NCBI GenBank assembly: GCA_001275005.1 | Contig: JWZX01003164.1 | Coordinates: 1 to 33,660 of the forward strand | Direction: 5' to 3' | From: Chrysochromulina tobinii | Lineage: Eukaryota | Length of the DNA: 33,660 nucleotides | Shown: one piece after another, positions 18,065 to 27,362 of the stretch | Layout of the letters: each line of letters begins with the position of its first letter | How positions within the stretch are numbered: the stretch's first letter is position 1 | Translations under genes and position numbers: made by a program | The notes under the pieces: generated by a model | Seen by the model: the letters and a program-made list of their open reading frames with translations, nothing else | Told to the model about the DNA's origin: nothing | Database searches by the model: none

Positions 18065-21000
18065 CTAGACCCACGTCGCACGCGGCGCCACATCCGCTGG
18101 TACCCATTCGCATACAAGCTCAACGCCTTCTGGCAGACGCACGGGCTTCATGGCCTTAGTCGGGGGCCTCGGAGGCAAGTGCGGGAGCGGCAGGGGTGTG
18201 AAGGCCGACGGGTGTGAAGGCAGGGCAGCGGCCGCCGAGGCGCTTGCCCGTTCACTTGCCCGTGCCGAGCCGTTGGAGCTGGCTCGCTTGAGCTCGCTTG
18301 AGCTCGCCTGAGCTCGCTTGAGACGTAACCACGCCGGCGCGCTCGCGAGGACGCGCGGGCGCTCGAAGGCGGCCCCTGGCAGCTCGGCGGCAGCGCTGAG
18401 GAGGGCGGGGTAGAGTGCCATCAGCTCGCCGCGTCGCGCTGCCTTGCGTGCCAGCATGGGGCCCTCGGCAGCCCTCGCCACACGCGCCATCCTCGCCGGT
18501 GCTGCCGTCACCGCCTGCCCCTCAGTCGCTGCCCCCTCCGGTGCTGGCATCGCCTCGCGGGCGACCACCTCGTCCTGCGCCAAAGCGTCCTCCTGGGCGC
18601 TCGCGTCCTCCTGGGCACTCGCGTCGTCCTGAGCACTCGCGTCGTCCTGAGCGTCCTCGTGCAGGAGCCGCCTCGCCAGCTCGATCGCGGGCCCAAGGCA
18701 TCCGCCAGGCGCCAAGTGCTCTGCCAGTGCCGCTGGAGCGAGCTCTGTAACTGCCGCGCTGGGCAGTACGAGCCCTGCGATGATCGGCGAGGGTAATGGA
18801 GAGGCACTTGAGCACGGTGCCCGGAGCACGCCTCGAGGTGCACTTGCCGCACTTGGCGCACTTGGCGCCGCTATGCTCAGGCGGACGGTGCCGTCGTCGG
18901 TGCCGACCGGCTGGAGCTGCGCGCTCAGGAAGGCGACAAGCTGGGAGGACCTCGGGGCATGCTCGAAGGGGTACTCCCATGTATAGTCAGGGCACGAGCC
19001 ATCGGCGTACCTGGGAAGTCATCAGAAGTCATCAGGAGTCATCAGGAGTCATCAATAGTCATCAGGAGCCATCAAGAGTCATCAGGAGTCATCAGGAGTC
19101 ATCAGGAGTCATCAGGAGTCATCAGGAGTCATAAAGAGTCATCAAGAGTCATCAGGAGTCATCAGGAGTCATCACGAGCCATCTGCGTACGTCTGCACCG
19201 TCCAAAGCACGCCCCGAAGGAACTCGGCGGCGGGCGCCAGGTCTTCGTCAGACGCGGGTGTGAAGGCAGACGTGGGTGTGAACCCACGCTCCTCCAACGG
19301 CCGCGGCACGGGCGGCTCACAGGCTTGTGCTCCGTGATCTGAGCCGTTGGATCGTTCGATCCGCTCCACCGCCTCCACCGCCTTCACCGCAAAGGCGCCC
19401 AACCGCTTTTGCTCAAGACCCACCCCCACAGAGGCGGCCCGTGCGGCTGATGGCGTCATCCCCTCAGCCGACACGAGCTGGCTAGCAGCTGCGGTCGCCA
19501 CCTTATGGATGTCTTTGAGCACCAGGACCAAGGCGAGTAGCAGCGCACACTCAAAGGTTTTACGGCTCGGCTCGAGCAAGGCGCTCGCTGCAAAGCGCCG
19601 TGAGCGCCGCACGGCGCGGTAGGCTGACCAGCATCGCTCAAAAGTCGCCTCACGCACTTTGGGCAGGTAATCATTGCCCATCAGGCACGAGAGCACGATG
19701 AGGTCGAGCGGTGGAATCGATGGACTCGGGTTCGTCAATGGGTTCGTCATCATCAGTGGACTCGATGGACTCGATGAACTCGATGGAGCGGCTGCATCCG
19801 CCGGGGCGGCGCCCAATACGGCGCTCGAGCCAGCTCTAGCGCCAGCGGCTCCAGCGGCGCGCGCACGGGACGGCCTGGCCGCCGCCCAGCGCGCGTCCGC
19901 GCTGCGGCCGTAAAAGTCCTCAAACTCTTGCTTCGTGTAGCTGCGCCCGTCGGAAGGATCGATGCGCTTCTCGACGCCCACGACGGCGCCAGTGCCCACG
20001 ACGGCGCCGGAGCCCACGATGGCGCCATGGCTGAGCCCGAGGCTCGCGCACAGCGCATCGAGGGAGATGAGCGACGTGGGCTCCGAACTGGAACGTGGTA
20101 GCTCACGTAGCACGGACACCTGCGAACCGTATTGGGCGAGCGCGTGAGAGGAGCCCGACGCAGAAGAGCGGAAGTGGAGCCCATCAGAGAGGCAATCAGA
20201 GGTAATCAGAGGTAATCAGAAGTGGAGCCCATCAGAGGCAATCAGAGGTAATCAGAAGAGGAGCCCATCGGAGGTAATCAGAGGTAATCAGAGGTAATCA
20301 GAAGAGGAGCCCATCAGAGAGGCACTCAATGGTCATCAGAGGCGCGAGATGTCGGCGGATTTGATGAGGGAGGCAATCAAAGGTCATCAGGGGAGAAGTG
20401 GAGCCCATCAGAGGCCGTCGGAGCGAATCCGAGTCCTCACCTGCCAGCTTGGAGAGAGGGTGAGCGCCTGAAGCACGAGGTCGCCGTCCTGGCCTACCAA
20501 CACGACGCTGCTCCTTCGCGCCGCGGACGGCGAGGCTTGCGTGCGCGAGGCGCCGCGCCCAGCCTCGCGAGCATCGCTCGCCCGGCCGCGCTGCTCGCGC
20601 TGTGCGCGCGCTTGCTCGATCTGACGAAGCGCGCCGAGCAACTTGATCTCACCCTCTCCCGCCACATCGGAGCCGGACATCCAAAACGTGAGGCCGCGCG
20701 CTCGGTAGGCCGCGAGCTCGGCACAACAAAAGTAGAGCATCGCGTTCTCGAAGTCGTCCATAAAGCGCGTGCCCGGCGTGATGGCCAGGCTCGAGACGGC
20801 TTGCGCGCCCTTTTTCTTCGACGATGCGGCCTCCTTGTTGAACGTCTTGCGGCGGCGTTTCAGCTGCGTGGCGAGCTTTGCCAGAGGCGCCGGGCCGTCG
20901 ACCGCGAGGAGGACGACCGAGCCCGGCACAACGCGGCGCAGCGTGGAGTGCAATTTCGAATAACACAGCTTGATTGCATCGTCCGAGCTCGTGGCGCGGC

Positions 21001-21208
21001 GGAGCGCCGTGTGCAGGATGGCATTCATGTCAAACGCGACCACCGACGCGGAGAAGCCATCGGGCACCTCGATGAGGCACTCGGGCGCGGTTTCCGTGAC
21101 CCACGTGCAAAAGCCAGGCACGCCCGCCGTGGGCACAGTCACACGTGGCGGGGCTCTCGGCGCAGCGAGCACGAGGTGCAGGACGCTCGTCGGCACGGGC
21201 CACAACAT
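18065..21208 (-). CDS. XRN-family 5'-3' exoribonuclease (nuclease core); exons 21208-20441, 20119-19191, 19010-18065 (~880 aa)
   Basis: GVPGF, FDMNAILH, AVDGPAPLAK, ITPGTRFM, GEGEIK, QDGDL, MGNDYLP, W..Y..GSCPDYTWEYPFEHAP. Exons join in frame. Confidence 0.88.
18570..18660 (-). repeat. Coding 18-nt tandem repeat (QDDASA/QEDASA)
   Basis: About 5 copies in the low-complexity C-terminus of the XRN-like protein. Confidence 0.75.
19011..19190 (-). other. XRN intron 2 (GT-AG, 180 nt), tandem TGATGACTCC 10-mers plus 18-nt exon duplication
   Basis: 19173-19190 vs 18993-19010 (1 mismatch). Acceptor ttcccag|gtacgcc. Removal restores QTYADGSCPDY. Confidence 0.88.
20120..20440 (-). other. XRN intron 1 (GT-AG, 321 nt), CTCTGATTAC / CTGATGGGCTCC repeats
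   Basis: Donor cag|GTGAGG, acceptor ttcgcag|gtgtcc, phase 0. Confidence 0.8.
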
Positions 21209-21476
21209 ATCGGGAATCGTGGCGAGGGGTGTGAAATGGCGGGATCACGTCTATTTTGAATTCAAGGTACAGCTGTCGATCCGGATACATGTATATTCCC
21301 ACCCTACTCCCTCTTCGCCCTTGGGACATGGGTAAAGCACTCAGTTTGTGTTTGAATTCCCGTATCCGGTCGACTCTGAGCGCGCCCGATTGCCTCACCG
21401 AGGTGCCATGCCACCACACCCGCCCGAGCTATAGATCTGGCCTCCCTCCGGTTGCGCTTCATGCCCGAGAGCATGT

Positions 21477-23663
21477 CTACCGCCTACGACCCCCCGGGCC
21501 GTGTCCACCGCACCCGCAGCAGCGGCCACACATATGATGCTGGCAACGGAGCGAGCGCTGGTTTTGGCAGCGAACGCGCCCGTTCTCTAACAGTCCTCGA
21601 CAAAAGCTGGGATTCCGTGGTGGTAGCGCCGGACGGTCGTCCTCCGCACCCCGTGCGTTGCCAGGAGCGGGCTGGACGACGGCGGCAGCGTTCGCGTGTG
21701 CCACGATCCCCGTAAAGAGGCCGCACTCGCACCCTGGGGTCCCGTGCGTATTGTTAGCGGTCGGGGCGGTCGAGCGGTACGCCACGCCACAGGCGTAGCA
21801 GAAGGCGCAGCCACACCGGCACTCGACGAAGTTGCATTGGTCTTGGCCCTGTCGTTCGACAAGCTCACGGCAGCGCGGGCACGAGCGAAGGCCCTTGTCA
21901 CGCGCGTGTTGCAGCAGGGCGATATCCTCGGCCTGCCGCAGGTGAGCTGGCAGGTTCTGGAAGGTTACGCAGTCCAACGCCTCATGCCACGGCACCCCAC
22001 AACGAACGCAGAGCGGCTTGTGGCAGTGCGAGCATTGGGCGCGTGGCCAGCCATCGATCTCACCCTCCTCGGGGCGTTCGAAGACGGCGGAGCATTCGCG
22101 GCTTGGGCAGTAGATTCGCTTCTCGACCGGGATGATCGAGATGGCTTGCGCTTGGCGAAGCTTGCTGAGCGCGACGCTGTGAACACCGAGCAGCTCTTCA
22201 CACAGAGCGTTTGTCGCGCGGCCACCGCAGTCCGGGTGGACACACTTGACGAAGGCTGAGCGTTGATTGTCGGCTTCCTTCTCGCAGTATGTGGTCATGC
22301 ACGGCCGGCACACCCAGTGCTGACACTGGGCTGCGCCTAGCGCACCGCCGGAGCTGCTTGCACCGCCGCTGGGGCCGGCAGCGCTGCCACACGCGCCGCT
22401 GGCACCCGCGCCGCTGGCACCCGCGCCGCTGCTACTCGCGCCGCGGCCATCGGCTGCAGCCTTGCTTGCCAGCACTGCGTCGGGAAGCTCACAGCAGACG
22501 CACTCCTCCGGATCCTTAGTCTCCAGGCAAATGAGGCACGCCATCACGAGGACGGGCTGCTTGCGCTTTCGGGAGGCAACGCTCGCGACGACGCTCGTGG
22601 ACGGCGCCGGCATGCGGCGCAGCACTATGATGCGCGAAGGGTCGAAGACACAATCCTCCTCTAGACCGCTCGGCACCATCCCACAATGGGGAGGCACCCA
22701 CGCCGTGTCGTACCCGTGCTGAGACCACGTCCGCCGCATCGGATGGTCGGGTGCGTCAATCTTCTTCACCCGTCCCACGCGGACGAGGCACTTGAGGATG
22801 ACCCTACCCGTCGTGTCGCCACGTGGTACGTCGAGCGGGTAGCGCGCAGCCTTGTTGACGTCACGTGACATGTACACGCCGCGCCCCAGCATCCCATCGG
22901 CAGATGGCACGAACCCGTGCTTCTCAATTTGTTCAGCCGCCTCCGGGTGGGTGCCGTGGTACATAATGTAGCGACGACCGTCGGCGGGCTCCTCATTCGG
23001 CTCGAGCGCCGACTCGAGCGCCGACTCCTCGTCACCGCGCTGGGGAGGAGGCCGCGCAGCGTCCTGTCTGAGGGGCCCGTCGTCTGCGCGCCTCTTCCGC
23101 CCGCGCCCATCGGCACCCCCGTCGTCCATCTGAGCCGCGCGGGCGGCCTCTTCGGCCGCCTCTTTTGCGGCCGTCGCTCGCGCGGCGACGCGCACAGCAT
23201 CCGCGAGCATCCGGCGCAAGGGTCCGTCGCCACCGGCGTCCGGGTGCTCGATCAGGTCGCCTCTCTGTCGCCATTCATTCTCCGGGCAACTGTCGAGTCT
23301 CCGGGCGAGCTCCTTGTCCCGTTGTGCAATCTGATGCTGCAGATGGGCCGCTTGTTGGAGTTCCCCGGCCACGGCCGCATCGGCGGCAGCCACGTGACGG
23401 GCAGCATGAATGCGGCGAGCGACCACGGCGTCGCGCGCAGTGGCGACAGCGGCAATGCTTTCTGCTAGCGCACGCTGCTCTGCTAGGGCATCATGGTCCT
23501 CAATGCCTTCTTCGAGTCCCATAGCCACCTGTTGGGCATACGCCTCGTCGTGTGCGAGTATTTGCTGACGCAGGAGCTCCTCGTGCTGGAGCTCGAGGGC
23601 GTACTCATCGTGATACTCATCGGCGGTTAGGTCGACGACTCCGGGAACAGCGACTTGCATCAT
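21477..23663 (-). CDS. Gig2-like ADP-ribosyltransferase (PARP-fold) domain fused to RBR (RING1-IBR-Rcat) E3 ubiquitin ligase, with C-terminal Cys/His finger
   Basis: ART domain MYHGT..GF..S.DGMLGRGVYMSRD..KA.RYP..GYDTAWVPP.CGMV.SGLEEDCVFDP. RING1 CLIC..HWVCRPC..C..PDC. IBR YCPSREC..C..C..LC..C..PWH..C. Rcat CPRC..CNFVECRCG..FCY.C. Confidence 0.88.
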   Translation of the reverse strand: MMQVAVPGVVDLTADEYHDEYALELQHEELLRQQILAHDEAYAQQVAMGLEEGIEDHDALAEQRALAESIAAVATARDAVVARRIHAARHVAAADAAVAGELQQAAHLQHQIAQRDKELARRLDSCPENEWRQRGDLIEHPDAGGDGPLRRMLADAVRVAARATAAKEAAEEAARAAQMDDGGADGRGRKRRADDGPLRQDAARPPPQRGDEESALESALEPNEEPADGRRYIMYHGTHPEAAEQIEKHGFVPSADGMLGRGVYMSRDVNKAARYPLDVPRGDTTGRVILKCLVRVGRVKKIDAPDHPMRRTWSQHGYDTAWVPPHCGMVPSGLEEDCVFDPSRIIVLRRMPAPSTSVVASVASRKRKQPVLVMACLICLETKDPEECVCCELPDAVLASKAAADGRGASSSGAGASGAGASGACGSAAGPSGGASSSGGALGAAQCQHWVCRPCMTTYCEKEADNQRSAFVKCVHPDCGGRATNALCEELLGVHSVALSKLRQAQAISIIPVEKRIYCPSRECSAVFERPEEGEIDGWPRAQCSHCHKPLCVRCGVPWHEALDCVTFQNLPAHLRQAEDIALLQHARDKGLRSCPRCRELVERQGQDQCNFVECRCGCAFCYACGVAYRSTAPTANNTHGTPGCECGLFTGIVAHANAAAVVQPAPGNARGAEDDRPALPPRNPSFCRGLLENGRVRCQNQRSLRCQHHMCGRCCGCGGHGPGGRRR

Positions 23664-24013
23664 TAGGGATGGGCGACGCGACTTCTATGGGATGAACAAG
23701 GGCTGAGAGAATCGCAGTGTGCCTGGCACGCGTGCTGTGAATTAGAAAAAAAGGGTTCACAGCCCCCAATGTTATAGCTCGAAACCCAAGACACCGGACC
23801 GGCGTACATACACGAGTCAAGCTCCCAGCCAGCTCCTTCTGTCCTAGCAAGCAAGCAAGGTACTTGTGTTGTTTCGACTTATTTAGCTTGCTTGCTTGCA
23901 GTCAGTCAGTTTCGTCGCGGTCCCCCCACGCTAGACGCTTCTGTCCTTCATGTCCGTCTACTCGAACTCTCTAACACACACGCAGGCCGAGGCGTGTGCG
24001 GTGTGGGCCTTAC

Positions 24014-27000
24014 TCACTTGGTCTTAACGGGTGTGGCGGACGCCGGTACCCCAGCGCTCTTCTTGGCCTTGACCGGTGTGGCGGCCGCGGGAGTGCCAGC
24101 GGCTGCACGCCCCCCCCGCGACACGGTCTGCTCGAGCTCACCCACGCGTGCGACCACGCGCGTGAGCTTCAGGTGCAGGCTGCGGTACGTCTCCCACGCG
24201 CGCTTGACAATGGCCTCGTCCATCTCCGCAAAGGGCGCCGGGCCCTTTTTGACGTCGGCGGCGGGCTTGGCGTCCGAGAGCTCTGTGGGGAGTATTTCTC
24301 GCAGCCGGTGCACCGCTGCGTCGACGTCGTCTACCTCCGCGAGGAGCGTGGTGCGCTCCTGCATACAGCCCGCGAGCAGTGCGCCCCTCGGCATGGCAGA
24401 GAGCCCCGAGAGCAGCGCCGAGTCGGGCGCCGAGAGGAGCGCCTTCGTCGCCTCGAGGCAGCTCGTCACGTGCACTTCGGCCTCTTGCCATTCACACTGG
24501 AGCAAGTCGCGCCGCAGCACCTTGCTCGCGTCGTATCGGGCGAGAGCGGGCGGGGGGAGCGAGGGACTCAAGAAGCCCACGGCAGCGCCCCTATTAGGGC
24601 CCATAGAGCGACCCTGCTGCCCCGCGCCCGACACGGCGCTCGAGGACGCGGCGGTGGGAAGCGTGACGCCGAGGAGTCCATGGACCTCCATCACCGTCAC
24701 GAAGAGAGCCGCCGTGATGCCAGGGTCGGCGGGCGTGGACATGCCGGCGGGAGCCGACGACGATGCGTAGGCTGCCGCGAGGGCATCTGCGCTCGCCGCG
24801 GCGCCTGCGCCGCTGCCCTCACGAGCGCCGTCTCGAGCGCGCGTCTCCGCGCTCAGGTCGATGCATTCTCGGAAGGCATGGAAGATGCTTTCCTCGGAGG
24901 CAGTCGGGTGGAGGAGGAGGACAAGTTGAGTGAACTCGTCGAGCGAGATGTGGCCATCGTTGTTCACATCGGTGGCGCCGAAGAGGGTGCTCGCGGCCTC
25001 GCGCAGAGACTCCCGCGCCGCCTCCCAATGATCAATCGTGAGCGCCACGAGCGCATCCACGTCCACGACCAACTTGCCCCTGCGATTGACCGCGAGCGCC
25101 TCGGCCGCCGACACGATGCCCTCGAGCGTCTCGGGATGCACGCTGGTAGTTGGCGCGAAGAGAGTCTTGAGGACCTTGACGGCGGTGGTGCGCAAGCAGA
25201 GCATCTGCATGCCGCCCTCGCCCGAGCCGTCGCCGATGGGCAGCTTCAGCTCCGCCTGCGCCGACGCCGGCATGTGACTGAAGGCCGCGTTGTACTCGGC
25301 GATCGCGGCGTGCATCTCGGCGTACAGGCAGCAGACCACCTCGGCGGTCGCCTCTCGCACGCGGTCGCTCTGAGGGGTGCTGAGCAGCCCGCAGACCTGT
25401 GGGGGAAGGGGTGCAGGCGCCGTGGTGAGCGCGTGCATGCTGGGAGGGGCGCTGAGCCGGCCCACAGGCGCCGTGGTGAGCGCTTGCATGCTGGGAGGGG
25501 CGCAGACCTTGGCAAACGTAGCGCACCGCTGCGCGACCGACGCGTCGTGACGAGCGGACCCGACGCGCGCGTCTCCGCTCGACTGCGGCGGTGTCGACCA
25601 TTCAATCGACGACTGGATGAGAGCGATCAGATTGCGCTCCGCAATCGACCGAAGGCCGTAGGTCTGGAGGCAAAAATCATACGTGAACGAGCTGAGCGGC
25701 TCGGCGGGTGCGCTGCCCTGCTTCTCGAGGTAGATCTGCAGGATGGTGCGCGCGGTGACCCGGGGCGGCCAACGGCCCGCGCGCTGCCCAGAGCGACTCA
25801 GAGCTAACATTCGCTCCATCGGCGAGTCGGCGTGACCCACGGCGCCGGCACGGACGGCGAGCCGCTGCCGACGCTCCTCGATCGCCCGCTCGAGCTCGCC
25901 CGTGCCGTCCGTTTGGGTCGTCGCTTCGCTCAGTTCGGGCCGAACAATGGTCATGTACCCGGAGGGGCCGGCGACGCCATAATTCTCGACCTCCCCCCAT
26001 AAATGGATCAAGCGATGGCAGTTGGTCGCGTTGACCTCGGTGAGCTCCGCGCCCTCCATCGCCTCCTTGAGGAAGACCTCGATGTCGCGCACGCGCTCGC
26101 TCACGCCCGAGGTCGCGTCATCGATCATCTCCTTCCTTCGTTCTCCTTCCTTCTTCTTCTTCGTCGAAGGCGGCGCGGGCGCCGGCGCGCTCCCTTCGGC
26201 GCTCGCTACGGCGCTGCCTTCGGCGCTCGCTACGGCGCTACTAAAGAGTGTCTTTGCCAAAGCGGAGCGGGCTAACGCTCCGCCCCGGCCGCTGCTCAAG
26301 CCGCCGCCGCCACCGCCGCCACCTTCTCCCCCTCTTCCTCCTCCTCCTCCTCCTCCGCTGCCACCACCACCGCTTCCAGCGCCTTCGCCGCGGCCGTTGC
26401 GACCGCCGCTCATCATCTCCAACGTCTGCTGCAGCTGCTGGCGGTAGCGGCGGGCGTCGTCAGCGGAGGCCTGCGCCTTCTTCTCGACATCCCGTAGCAG
26501 CCGGTCGCGCTCATCAAGTCGGCTGTTCAGCAGTGCTACCTGCTTCTCCGCGGCCTCGCGCTGCTGCTGGTGGAATCTCGCCTCGCTATCTGCAAGGTCG
26601 GCTCCATTTTTGGTCGCGGCGTGCGCCTCGCGCTCGCGCGCGAGACGCGCCTCCTGATGCTGTACCGAACGCTTGAAGAGCTGGACGAAGCCCTGAAAGA
26701 GCTGTCCGCACAGTTCCGAGAGCGCCGGCGAGTGCACCGTAAGCTGCACGGCGAGCTCCTGCATGCACAACGTGTATAGCTGGCTCTCCTCAATGAAGCC
26801 CGCGTCGCTGATGCTGCCGCGGGCGCCGTGCTGACGGGAGGCGCGAGCGGTGAGCAAGGCCACCATCTGCCTCAGCTGCTGCACGTCGTGCGAGTGGCCC
26901 GCAAAGAGCCGCTGCCGGCCCTCCGGGCCCTGCTTGCGAGAGAGCGTATCTGAGAGGGCGTGCAGCTTATCGCTCACCGTGAGAGGAAGGATGGGCGTGC

Positions 27001-27130
27001 TTGCCGTCCGTTTGATGCCAGTGAGCAGGCCCAGCGAGAAGGTGGCAGGTTGCATGGACGCGGAGCCAGGGCTCGCAGGCGTCGCGGCGCCGCCCGAAAC
27101 CTCATGATGGCGCTGCTGCGAGGCGGCCAT
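24014..27130 (-). CDS. Coiled-coil EF-hand protein, possibly ciliary (axonemal dynein light chain-like N-terminal segment); exons 27130-25508, 25396-24014
   Basis: ATG at 27130. LY..CMQELAVQLTVHSP segment, coiled coil, IYLEK..F..TYGLRSIAE, EF-hand DVNNDGHISLDEF. Confidence 0.7.
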   Translation of the reverse strand: MAASQQRHHEVSGGAATPASPGSASMQPATFSLGLLTGIKRTASTPILPLTVSDKLHALSDTLSRKQGPEGRQRLFAGHSHDVQQLRQMVALLTARASRQHGARGSISDAGFIEESQLYTLCMQELAVQLTVHSPALSELCGQLFQGFVQLFKRSVQHQEARLAREREAHAATKNGADLADSEARFHQQQREAAEKQVALLNSRLDERDRLLRDVEKKAQASADDARRYRQQLQQTLEMMSGGRNGRGEGAGSGGGGSGGGGGGGRGGEGGGGGGGGLSSGRGGALARSALAKTLFSSAVASAEGSAVASAEGSAPAPAPPSTKKKKEGERRKEMIDDATSGVSERVRDIEVFLKEAMEGAELTEVNATNCHRLIHLWGEVENYGVAGPSGYMTIVRPELSEATTQTDGTGELERAIEERRQRLAVRAGAVGHADSPMERMLALSRSGQRAGRWPPRVTARTILQIYLEKQGSAPAEPLSSFTYDFCLQTYGLRSIAERNLIALIQSSIEWSTPPQSSGDARVGSARHDASVAQRCATFAKVCAPPSMQALTTAPVGRLSAPPSMHALTTAPAPLPPQVCGLLSTPQSDRVREATAEVVCCLYAEMHAAIAEYNAAFSHMPASAQAELKLPIGDGSGEGGMQMLCLRTTAVKVLKTLFAPTTSVHPETLEGIVSAAEALAVNRRGKLVVDVDALVALTIDHWEAARESLREAASTLFGATDVNNDGHISLDEFTQLVLLLHPTASEESIFHAFRECIDLSAETRARDGAREGSGAGAAASADALAAAYASSSAPAGMSTPADPGITAALFVTVMEVHGLLGVTLPTAASSSAVSGAGQQGRSMGPNRGAAVGFLSPSLPPPALARYDASKVLRRDLLQCEWQEAEVHVTSCLEATKALLSAPDSALLSGLSAMPRGALLAGCMQERTTLLAEVDDVDAAVHRLREILPTELSDAKPAADVKKGPAPFAEMDEAIVKRAWETYRSLHLKLTRVVARVGELEQTVSRGGRAAAGTPAAATPVKAKKSAGVPASATPVKTK
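25397..25507 (-). other. In-frame 111-nt intron, same cassette family as MCM5 intron 2 (cassette doubled)
   Basis: aag|GTCTGCG...(GCATGCA.GCGCTCACCACGGCGCC)x2...CCCCCACAG|GTCTGCG. Confidence 0.8.
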
Positions 27131-27362
27131 GTCCCGTGAAACCGATGTAAACCCGCGTGTCGCTTTGTTTTTCACCGCGAAAGGTTACATGTACATGTAC
27201 TGTGGACACCCAGGACACCGCCCGGCGTGGAAAAAATTGCTCTCAGTCAAATTTGTTCCGTTTTTGGGTCTAAACTTGGGCGACACAGTTCTCTGTTTCG
27301 CGGAGCTTGCGGCGAGGCAAAGCTCGCGGCCTTTGCCGCCTCTCGAGCGCCCCTCCCGAAGC

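Noticed and set aside
18959..19342. ORF with VIRSHQESSG repeats
   Set aside because: It is the antisense translation of the intronic 10-mer array.
23996..25807. 603-aa plus-strand ORF and similar long antisense ORFs
   Set aside because: These are shadows of GC-rich coding sequence on the opposite strand, with no domain motifs.
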